The notes below the pieces were generated by a model that worked only from the letters and a program-made list of their open reading frames with translations, was not told where the DNA came from and did no database searches. A stretch of 23,069 nucleotides of DNA from an uncultured archaeon (GTDB lineage Archaea; Thermoproteota; Nitrososphaeria_A; Caldarchaeales; Calditenuaceae), in contig CALIKS010000025.1 in assembly GCA_938017985.1 (NCBI GenBank), positions 1 through 23,069 of the forward strand, written 5' to 3'. Both the position numbers and the translations under genes were made by a program. How positions within the stretch are numbered: the stretch's first letter is position 1; each line of letters opens with the position of its first letter. Positions 7,802 to 15,540 of the stretch are shown one piece after another.

Positions 7802-8611
7802 CTGTTCGATTGCGTGGAGACAGCATGCGGCCTCACACTCGTTATTCTTATGGGTTCATTCGATTTTTCTGTACCAATCGTTCTAAAGCTTTCTGCCATG
7901 ATATTCGCAGTGCTATTTCCATCTATCGGCTTCCTCTCCATACCCGTGAGCTTAGCTGTCGCCTTGGTTTTCGGATATGTGAATGGTCTCCTCCTCGCGA
8001 GATTTAGGATTCCATCATTTATGGCTACCCTTGCGACGTCAATGGTGGCGGAGGGACTGGCACAGATAATCTCTGGGGGATATACGCGTATGATAACCGA
8101 GTTATCATTCAGAGCCCTCTCGACTTCCATGATTGTTGGATTGCCGTCAATATTTTACTGGAGCATGGCTGTATGGCTAATTTCTATCTTCTTAACTATG
8201 GCCACGCCATTTGGTAGGGCGGTCTATGCAATTGGTGGAAATCTCGTCGGTGCAAATCTAGCGGGAATAAACGTCGTCAGAGTTAGGATTCTGGTCTTCA
8301 TGATCTGCTCGCTGTTTGCGGGCCTCTCAGGAATCCTCTACGCCTCCCAAATCCAAGGAGCCCATATGCAGGTTGGTGTTCTGGATACGATACCGCTATT
8401 CGCCAGCATAGTAGTCGGGGGGACAGCACTTACGGGCGGAGTTGGTGGAGTGCATAGAACACTGCTAGGAGTATTGATCATTAGGTGGCTTGACTCTGGA
8501 CTAAGCATGCTCGCGATAGATCTAAACGTTAGAATGATAATCTTCGGAGCCATTGCAATAGTGATGGCCGTATTGACAATAGATAGAAGGAGAATAAAGA
8601 TAATGAAGTAG
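7802..8611 (+). pseudogene. 5'-truncated sugar ABC transporter permease (RbsC/branched-chain permease family, binding-protein-dependent type)
   Basis: The sequence aligns with RbsC-type permeases from about residue 55 onward. The conserved GIDLSVG block reads GSFDFSVP, followed by FMATLATSM, YAIGGNLVGANLAGINV and VVGGTALTGGVGG. There is an in-frame stop at 7799..7801 and only a GTG at 7814. No ATPase or binding-protein gene is nearby. Confidence 0.65.
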
Positions 8612-9305
8612 AATAAGGACAAATACACGTCCTAGAAGCATTTACCTATTTTTGATATTCAGAAATAGAATATGTAACTGTATAAACAGCAGCAGTAATT
8701 ACTGGAACATTGATAAAAATGTCGCGTATTCTCTGCGAGGTATTAGACTCAATGAACAAAAAAGGCGCTGTTCTCAAAGTTTCTTCAGGGGCTAGGATAT
8801 ATCATACACGGATGTTACACTTTCTTGCCTAACCCATAGCAGTAGGTTCATCATAGTTCTTCCATCCCTCAAAAATATTCTTATCCATGAATATCATGAG
8901 GCTTATAGCTCCTATGGACATCTCTTTTTCGTGGGCGCATCCCATAGCCCTCCAAAAATGTATTCCAGGCACCTAATGTGATAGCATAATCTATCATCCG
9001 AGTCGAAGAGTTCATCTAAACGGTCATGAAGGTCGGGAAAAGCTACCAGCATTTCATGAATAGGTTATGTCTATCATCTCTCGTAAAACCAGTCATCTAA
9101 CTATTCCGTTATAGATAAATTCAATCATAGATTTTATCAATCACGCTTATGTCATGACGACAGACGAATCAATGACTTTATCTGATTCCTTTCCGTCTAC
9201 AAAACATGTGTTTACAGTATATGTCGGGTATTAAAGCATGTTAAGCTACATAAAAATCAGGCGGTCAAACATCCTTAATAGGTGGGTGCAAACAAATAGT
9301 TTAGC

Positions 9306-9509
9306 ATGAGCATAAAGAACAAGTGGATAGAATCACCAGATGAGGTGAGAGGTATCGTAAGCGGAAGGGTCGAGTTAATGAGTCTACAGCCTGGAAGTCT
9401 TTATGAGATCACGGTAAGCCACGATGCTTGGGTTGTGGAAAATGAACCATTCATAACTATGGAGCCTCTTCAAGACACCATGGCAAAATGTGCCAAACCA
9501 GCTGATTAG
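9306..9509 (+). CDS. Small hypothetical protein (67 aa), first gene of the GT2 module
   Basis: ORF ending 17 nt upstream of the GT2 gene on the same strand. No recognisable motif. Coding status rests on position only. Confidence 0.4.
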   Translation: MSIKNKWIESPDEVRGIVSGRVELMSLQPGSLYEITVSHDAWVVENEPFITMEPLQDTMAKCAKPAD

Positions 9510-9526
9510 TTTTTAATGAGGTTTTA

Positions 9527-11269
9527 GTGAAGTTTTTGCCAACTGATAGCTCTTATAGACAAGTGTATCTAAGGACCCTGATATGGATAACTATCATTAT
9601 TCATGTGGTGATGCTTCAAATTTTTAGCAGTACTATCCTGTCTTCGTTATCGTGGGTTTGGGGACTTATGGTCACGCAGATGAAGCTCTTCATATCAATT
9701 TTGACGAGCAACTTTTTCGTTAGTTCACTCTTCTACCTCAATCTCTCTTTACTAAGTGTTGCTGGAATATTCTCAATTATTAATAATAAAGAGTATGATA
9801 GCCACAACTCATTTTTCATAGAGATAGTAAATGAGGATACGGCGCCAACATACAATGAATATACTGCTGAAAAGTATAATGAAACTATTTCAGCACTGTT
9901 TAATAGAAAGGCTGATCACTTCATTGATCTCGCCGGTTTCTCAATTATTTTCGGAGTCTTGCTACCGGAGGGCCCGGCTGTCAGAACCCTCCTCGGTGGT
10001 CTCGTCAATGGTACTAAGTTTAGCTGGATTCTAAGCGCTCCGCACGTAATGCTGCAAAACGCGGGCCTATTATCGTTCAAGAAGAGTGACTTTATGATAG
10101 ATAAGGAGAAACTAGGAGAAAGAGCAACGGCACTGAGAGGTAAGAAATTAATATTTATGCTGCCGACAAATGGGAAAAATCTAGGGACGGTTGCTAAGTC
10201 CGTATCCTCAGTGATTTATTGGCGCGAAATTGTAAGGAAGAAATTCGTAGATACGCCGGACATTTCTTTGTGGGTTATCTGTGAGGAGAAGGACTACGTT
10301 GAGAAGAGGGCTAGCTATGAGAAACTCCAATCAATGGGTTGCAGGATTATCGTCGTGCCAAGTGACTACAAGACAGAGAAAGGGACGCAGTACAAGGCGA
10401 GAGCGTTGACGTATGTGTCGGATATCATGGAGCGGGAGGGACTCTCGACAAAAGATACGTGGATTTATCATCAAGACGACGAGACGATGATAGGTGAGGA
10501 CACGATTCTTGGCGTTATGGATTTCGTCTCTTCAGCCTCTCCAAGCGATGTCTACGCAGCTGGAATGATAATATATGCTGATGGTTGGGGTTCAGGTGTC
10601 TCTACGATGCAGGAGCCAGCAAGGACGTATGACGATCTTAGAATACTGTTGACCACTAGGACGAGGGGGTTACTCTCGTTTGGGCATCATGGTTCCCACT
10701 TACTTGTTAGGGCCGATGTTGAGCGAAGAATTGGCTGGGACTTCGGGAAGATAAAGACGGAGGACTGGCTCTTCGGATTAAAGCTCTGGCAAGAATATAG
10801 ACCTAAGAAGACTATCCTGAAGGGATTTGCATATGAAAAACCGCCGCTAAATGCTAGTGATTTGCTAAAGCAGAGGAGAAGGTGGGCCCAGGGCGCAATG
10901 GAGATAATTTTGAGAAGAGATATCAAGCTGAGGTACCGTTTGGCGGCTCTTTACGGCGTCATGAGTTGGCTCTCAGCATTTCCATCCTTGATAGCATTTG
11001 TCCTAAACATTATTATTCCGACTGGCGGTCTCTTCGTTGGTGCCGGTGCCTTGGCGGGCTTCACTTGGTTCTCGCTTTATAGATACTATGGCAATGGCTA
11101 TGCATTGAATAAGCCATACCTAAGGAATTATGGTGAGGACATGGGCTCAAGGATTAGTAGGACATTTATAATTATCGGTGGAATGATACTTGAAAGCATC
11201 GCTCCATGGTATGCGTTCCTAAGACCTGCTAGGAACTTCGAGGTTATAAGTAAGGATCGGTGTAGATGA
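9527..11269 (+). CDS. Membrane-embedded processive family-2 glycosyltransferase (cellulose/chitin/hyaluronan-synthase-like)
   Basis: TM helices at both ends flank a cytoplasmic GT-A domain with the processive-synthase motifs: DDE (10475..10483, in YHQDDETM), TED (10757..10765) and QRRRW (10871..10885). The annotated start is GTG; a downstream ATG is possible. Confidence 0.85.
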   Translation: MKFLPTDSSYRQVYLRTLIWITIIIHVVMLQIFSSTILSSLSWVWGLMVTQMKLFISILTSNFFVSSLFYLNLSLLSVAGIFSIINNKEYDSHNSFFIEIVNEDTAPTYNEYTAEKYNETISALFNRKADHFIDLAGFSIIFGVLLPEGPAVRTLLGGLVNGTKFSWILSAPHVMLQNAGLLSFKKSDFMIDKEKLGERATALRGKKLIFMLPTNGKNLGTVAKSVSSVIYWREIVRKKFVDTPDISLWVICEEKDYVEKRASYEKLQSMGCRIIVVPSDYKTEKGTQYKARALTYVSDIMEREGLSTKDTWIYHQDDETMIGEDTILGVMDFVSSASPSDVYAAGMIIYADGWGSGVSTMQEPARTYDDLRILLTTRTRGLLSFGHHGSHLLVRADVERRIGWDFGKIKTEDWLFGLKLWQEYRPKKTILKGFAYEKPPLNASDLLKQRRRWAQGAMEIILRRDIKLRYRLAALYGVMSWLSAFPSLIAFVLNIIIPTGGLFVGAGALAGFTWFSLYRYYGNGYALNKPYLRNYGEDMGSRISRTFIIIGGMILESIAPWYAFLRPARNFEVISKDRCR

Positions 11270-11270
11270 A

Positions 11271-12134
11271 TTGGGCGACAAATATTTAGCAGTACTAGTT
11301 CTCTTATCTACCATTCTCTCTTATTTTTTCTTACCCTTCGCTGTAGGAGAAGAGACTAGGGACCTTTGCATTGATATGTCCACTGCCTATGACCAAGGCT
11401 TCAAGTGGTATAACACGAACGGCAGTCTTCCCGCATACATGGGCGACCATTATCTTTTTAATGGTGGCAAAGCTTCAAACATGTATCAAGATGCAGTATC
11501 TCTGACGTCGATAAAGGTTGGTAAGGCATTCGCGCTCTCCGCGAGGCTTAGCATTCATATCGGCTCTAAATCTACGAATCCCAGGGACGAATTCACTATC
11601 TTTGTGACTGATGATACGAAGGTGTTTACTGGCGACGAGTTTGGATTCGTTGTTCGCCAGGACACAGCCTCGCTCTATGGATATCTACAGTCCCCACGTC
11701 TCTACGAGTTTTTCAAGGAGTTTAGGCTGGCCGACCTGACTATTGGTAAGGAGGAGTCCATCAACTTGAAAGCTGTTTACTCAGAGATAGATGGAAGAGC
11801 ATTAATCAGGTTCTTCGTAAACGATGTCAACGTGCTAGTACATGATTTTCCAGTCGTGACTGGTGAGAATCTATATTTAGTCGTTAGCTCCAAGAAGCTT
11901 AGCCCGCAATCCATTGATACTTCGAGAAACTACATGAAAGTTTATTCTACTTGTATTGTGAATCTACCAGCTTCTAGGATAGATATAACAGCCCAAGGTC
12001 TCACGCAGGAGAGTGACTACATGTATAGATTAATAGTGTTTACGAACATTGCCATTCTCTTCGTCATGCTCTTCATGTTCTTAATGATGGTTAGACTTTC
12101 AAGGCAGCTTAGACGGCTAACCGATAAGTCTTAA
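11271..12134 (+). CDS. Predicted extracellular protein with N-terminal signal/anchor and C-terminal TM anchor, unknown family
   Basis: 287 aa. The TTG start lies 1 nt after the GT2 stop. Hydrophobic N-terminus (LAVLVLLSTILSYFFLPFAV), a beta-rich middle, and a C-terminal helix (LIVFTNIAILFVMLFMFLMMV) followed by basic residues. Confidence 0.6.
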   Translation: MGDKYLAVLVLLSTILSYFFLPFAVGEETRDLCIDMSTAYDQGFKWYNTNGSLPAYMGDHYLFNGGKASNMYQDAVSLTSIKVGKAFALSARLSIHIGSKSTNPRDEFTIFVTDDTKVFTGDEFGFVVRQDTASLYGYLQSPRLYEFFKEFRLADLTIGKEESINLKAVYSEIDGRALIRFFVNDVNVLVHDFPVVTGENLYLVVSSKKLSPQSIDTSRNYMKVYSTCIVNLPASRIDITAQGLTQESDYMYRLIVFTNIAILFVMLFMFLMMVRLSRQLRRLTDKS

Positions 12135-12203
12135 TGAATAAGGATCTCCTTAAAAGATAATCGAAAACAAGAAAAGCAAATATAAATAACCAGCATGTTT
12201 AAG

Positions 12204-12210
12204 TTTAAAT
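12204..12210 (+). promoter_or_regulatory. Candidate TATA box (TTTAAAT) for the tRNA gene
   Basis: Located 25-31 nt upstream of tRNA position 1 (12235). Confidence 0.5.
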
Positions 12211-12234
12211 TCTAAGCAAGAAATAATTAATCAG

Positions 12235-12309
12235 AGCGGGGTAGGGTAGCCAGGATAACCCGCCGGGCTCATAACCCGGAGATCGGTGGTTCAAATCCAC
12301 CCCCCGCTA
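12235..12309 (+). tRNA. Initiator tRNA-Met (anticodon CAT)
   Basis: Hand-folded cloverleaf:
- acceptor AGCGGGG/CCCCGCT with A1:U72
- D stem GGGT/ACCC
- anticodon stem CCGGG/CCCGG with three consecutive G:C pairs next to the loop CTCATAA
- T arm GGTGG-TTCAAAT-CCACC
- discriminator A, with no encoded CCA
A1:U72 plus the GGG:CCC anticodon stem are archaeal initiator hallmarks. Confidence 0.9.
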
Positions 12310-12470
12310 AGCGCCTAGTTGTTAAAATAAACGTGGATATGCATGAGGGAAATTAAAGAAAGCTACAGTTAGTTGCGTCGATAGTAATCCTGATCTCTTG
12401 AGATACTTCATGAGTATCGTTGCTTTCTCATCTAGACTGTGAATATATTCTTAGAGTAGATGGTAAGGGT

Positions 12471-13136
12471 CTAAGACTGATTGTGTTCTTCGTCATATAT
12501 GCTTAGAATGAGTCTCCCTTTATTCGTTATCTTCAGCTTAGACTTTTCCCCAGGAGAAACTCTGTCCGATAATTCGACCAGATTAAGCCTTGTAAGTCTT
12601 CTTACTTTTCTCCATACAGTAGATCTAGATAATTCGGTGATCTTTGCTAATTTAGTAATACTGGTCTCGACCTGCGATATCACCTTCAATATCGTCCTCT
12701 CAAGTAGATCTATCTCTGCAAGATTCACTACAGATACATCAAAATCTGTCACGAATGATCCGTCCTCCCCTTCGACCTCTATCTTCATATCTATCCCGCT
12801 CATAATTGCGGCTACGATCGACTCCAATATTAGCGCCCTCATGCCGCCGCTTAAGTTAAGTATTATTGGCCGGGTAGTCCAAGATCGGTAGACCCTTACT
12901 AGCTCTATAATGGCTTTAGTAAAGTCTGAGACCTCAACGTCTACCACAACAACGCCTGGACCTGAGAGGTACTTCTTAACAAAATCACTAAGAGAGTTTA
13001 ATGCATTCTCTGCACGCTGATCGAGACGGTCCTTTGGAGTTATCACAACAACCTTATCCTCACCACCGACCTGGTGTCTTACAAGTGCCCTAATCGCAAA
13101 CCGCTCATCGAAGCCAAACGTGAAAGCTATGATCAT
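12471..13136 (-). CDS. csa3: Csa3-type CRISPR-associated transcriptional regulator (N-terminal CARF domain, C-terminal winged HTH)
   Basis: MIIAFTFGFDERFAIRAL... and LNLSGGMRALILE are typical of the Csa3 CARF domain. The C-terminal SITKLAKITELSRSTVWRKVRRLTRLNLVE is an HTH. The gene is divergent from the cas operon. Confidence 0.85.
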   Translation of the reverse strand: MIIAFTFGFDERFAIRALVRHQVGGEDKVVVITPKDRLDQRAENALNSLSDFVKKYLSGPGVVVVDVEVSDFTKAIIELVRVYRSWTTRPIILNLSGGMRALILESIVAAIMSGIDMKIEVEGEDGSFVTDFDVSVVNLAEIDLLERTILKVISQVETSITKLAKITELSRSTVWRKVRRLTRLNLVELSDRVSPGEKSKLKITNKGRLILSIYDEEHNQS

Positions 13137-13180
13137 TTCTCTAAAAATTGTTTCGCGTTAGCGTAAACAAATATCTTTTG

Positions 13181-13196
13181 TTTCAAAATTTTGAAA
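13181..13196. promoter_or_regulatory. Perfect 16-nt palindrome TTTCAAAATTTTGAAA in the csa3/csa5 divergent promoter; candidate operator
   Basis: Self-complementary over all 16 nt. It sits in the 82-nt intergenic region, 23-38 nt upstream of the csa5 ATG (overlapping the expected TATA/BRE position) and 45-60 nt upstream of the csa3 ATG. Confidence 0.5.
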
Positions 13197-13218
13197 TAAT
13201 TTTCTATCCAATGAAATA

Positions 13219-13686
13219 ATGTTTATATCCAGCGGTGTTCATATATCCTGCGTGAACTCAGGATCTCATTTATCAAGTATAGACAAGACTAAACAATATA
13301 GAGATATTGCGGTACTGCTGGCAGCAGCGTCTGCTCTGACAGAATCTCCATCCCTGATAGATAGAATGGCCAATGCCCTCAACCCAGAACCCGCAATAAG
13401 GTCTGTGAAAGATGCATTAAGGATAATCGATGGTGAGCTCTCCCAGTCCACGGAAAAAAAGATTGAAGTGGTTAAGTCACAGGAGAACCAGAAGGAGCGG
13501 TCGAAAGTAAAAGTCAGAACCGAGGGTGGCGAGCTTACTATCTATGGACATTTGCCGAACAATGAGGTTGTGAGAAGGTTCTTAGACGATGTGCATGGAG
13601 ATACTTCGTTAGCACGTAAGATAGGCGCCTTAGCCTCTGCTATTCTTGTGGATGCAAAACTTAGATCAGAGATGGAGGGTGAATAG
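13219..13686 (+). CDS. csa5: Probable type I-A small subunit (Csa5/Cas11a)
   Basis: 155-aa ORF in the canonical position immediately upstream of csa2/cas7, ending 1 nt before the cas7 ATG. Assigned by position and size only. Confidence 0.5.
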   Translation: MFISSGVHISCVNSGSHLSSIDKTKQYRDIAVLLAAASALTESPSLIDRMANALNPEPAIRSVKDALRIIDGELSQSTEKKIEVVKSQENQKERSKVKVRTEGGELTIYGHLPNNEVVRRFLDDVHGDTSLARKIGALASAILVDAKLRSEMEGE

Positions 13687-13687
13687 T

Positions 13688-14713
13688 ATGTTCATAAGTC
13701 TTTCAGCACGACTTTTGTTAAATAGCGAGGCTCTTAACTCAGTAGAGACGGTAGGAAACCTATCAAGGCATCGGAGTGTTCCTATAATCATTCCGTTAAA
13801 AGAGGGTTACACAGTAAAATATGTGCCAGCTATATCCGGAGAATCCATTGGGCACGGCTATCAGGCAGAGCTCGTTGAAGTGGCAAAAAGTCTGAATCTC
13901 CCTATTGGACTGTATTCGTCAAGAAACGAGTTCATTAAGTTCTCAGAGGACGATTACTTAAAGGATGAAGGAATAAAACCGCCTAAAGATTATAATGATA
14001 TGAGACGATTCGAGGTTGATGTTCTTCTGAAGGATATAGTTGCAGATGTGGGCGGCTTCTTGTATACGGGAGATTTTTCAGTGAAAAGGACATCGAGATT
14101 CCAAGTTGGATACATGGTGCCTTCACTAGGTGAAGTTATTGACGCAACAGCAGTTGAGGCACAGTTCCATGTTAGATACTTAGTCTCGAAACCACAGAAA
14201 GGAGGAGCTTCGCAAGCGGGAGCAAGACTAGGACAGGCTATCTATAACGTAGAAATAGCGTCTGCACTATACACACTAACCATTAACTTGGACATAGAGA
14301 ATATAGGAAAACCATCAATAACATTTGGAAACAAGAGTGAACAGGAGGATAGATTATCACAAGAATCGCCTAGACGTAAGAAAGCCGCGATCCTAGCATT
14401 GAGTAGACTCCTCTCAAATATGACATTCGGAGGAAAACACTCAAGATTTTTGCCTAATTCAGAGCTAAGATCTTGCGTACTAAGTTTAACAAAACATAGC
14501 TTCACCGTTACGCCAGGCAACTACTGTGATTATGCCCAGCGAAGCTGGGATCGATTGAGGAAGTATTCTAAACTCCTTAAAGATAACGGTCAGCTCTGGT
14601 ATGTTGATAGAGAGGGTATATCATGCCCCGACGGTGCAACTAAGTGTAACTCAATAGAAGAGATATTTGAATCTGTTATTGGAGAGATTGAAAAGATTAT
14701 GAAGTTAGATTAA
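13688..14713 (+). CDS. cas7: Cas7 (Csa2), type I-A Cascade backbone subunit
   Basis: The N-terminus MFISLSARLLLNSEALNSVETVGNLSRHR and ISGESIGHGYQ match Csa2-family signatures. I chose the ATG at 13688 (preceded by GGAGGGTGA) over the ORF-track start at 13646, which overlaps csa5. Confidence 0.85.
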   Translation: MFISLSARLLLNSEALNSVETVGNLSRHRSVPIIIPLKEGYTVKYVPAISGESIGHGYQAELVEVAKSLNLPIGLYSSRNEFIKFSEDDYLKDEGIKPPKDYNDMRRFEVDVLLKDIVADVGGFLYTGDFSVKRTSRFQVGYMVPSLGEVIDATAVEAQFHVRYLVSKPQKGGASQAGARLGQAIYNVEIASALYTLTINLDIENIGKPSITFGNKSEQEDRLSQESPRRKKAAILALSRLLSNMTFGGKHSRFLPNSELRSCVLSLTKHSFTVTPGNYCDYAQRSWDRLRKYSKLLKDNGQLWYVDREGISCPDGATKCNSIEEIFESVIGEIEKIMKLD

Positions 14714-14715
14714 TC

Positions 14716-15540
14716 ATGATGGCGCTTTGTATTAAAGCTAGACTCTGTTGGGGCTTCAGCATTAAAACACCAATGGTATCTAAAACTCAACACGCTTTTT
14801 CCATCCCTCCGCCAACTACAATAATAGGAGCTGTGACACGCCGGCTCGCCATGATGAAAGGTTTTGGCGAGGTTGTGCACTTAACAGGTGAAAGTGATGT
14901 ATTAGCTTCACCTACAGAATTATTCAAGAAGATTTTTCGCTCAGCCTCCGCTTATATAATGGAATCAGAAGATGGGCCGCGGTTGGGGAAGTACTGGGAA
15001 GATATAGTGAGATATCAGATATTTAAATTTCAAAAGCCTAATCGACGCATGGATCCAGCACTCAGATACAATATAGTGCCTTCTGGAAAAGTATACATGC
15101 CTTCAGGACTTATCAACTTTGGCTTACTAGTGAGAGAGGATTATGCAGAGGAGATTCTTGGTAAAGATTGGGAGACTATCATTATAGAAGCTGCTTACTC
15201 GGTTACGAACATTGGTTCAAAGGAAAGTATTGTATCTATTGAAGACGTCTCACTTGAGAAAACGGTAAAGATAGACCGCGAGTATAAAACGAGATATTAT
15301 CATCCGAAGAGATTAGTGACTGATGTACTCAGTGTCGACCCCGCACCCTATGCGCTTGAAGGGACGTACATCGAACGATTCTGGAAAATAGACTACCTTT
15401 GGGGAGTGGAGCCAGATGGGGAAGAATATATCGTTCCAGGGTCAAGAGATCCAATAATCAGCTGCTTGATGAAAATACGATTAGTCAGCGATGCCGAGGC
15501 CTACAAGATTGGGGATGATGGACTTGCAGTCTTTGAGTGA
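14716..15540 (+). CDS. cas5: Cas5a
   Basis: Cas5-type N-terminus (FSIKTPMVSKTQHAFSIPPPTTIIGAV). Position between cas7 and cas3'. Confidence 0.8.
   Translation: MMALCIKARLCWGFSIKTPMVSKTQHAFSIPPPTTIIGAVTRRLAMMKGFGEVVHLTGESDVLASPTELFKKIFRSASAYIMESEDGPRLGKYWEDIVRYQIFKFQKPNRRMDPALRYNIVPSGKVYMPSGLINFGLLVREDYAEEILGKDWETIIIEAAYSVTNIGSKESIVSIEDVSLEKTVKIDREYKTRYYHPKRLVTDVLSVDPAPYALEGTYIERFWKIDYLWGVEPDGEEYIVPGSRDPIISCLMKIRLVSDAEAYKIGDDGLAVFE

Noticed and set aside
7687-8130. ORFs 7687..8007(+) and 7798..8130(-) spanning the ADH/permease junction, plus 8338..8628(-).
   Set aside because: They are out of frame or antisense to the recognisable ADH and permease fragments and have no motifs. They are most simply by-products of the junction.
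9306-9509. Possible PilZ-like c-di-GMP receptor upstream of the GT2 synthase (R-x5-R and S-x3-G patterns in RGIVSGRVELMSLQPG).
   Set aside because: The spacing and residues do not fit the RxxxR...(D/N)xSxxG PilZ signature, and c-di-GMP signalling is not established in crenarchaea. It is kept only as a hypothetical small protein.
13191-13196. Shared TTGAAA hexamer between the promoter palindrome and the CRISPR repeat 3' handle (ATTGAAAG).
   Set aside because: A 6-mer is too short to be meaningful, and it also occurs several times inside the cas genes.
13646-13687. ORF-track start of cas7 at 13646, overlapping csa5 by 41 nt.
   Set aside because: The Csa2-family N-terminus begins at the ATG at 13688, which is preceded by a GGAGGGTGA ribosome-binding-like sequence and lies 1 nt after the csa5 stop.
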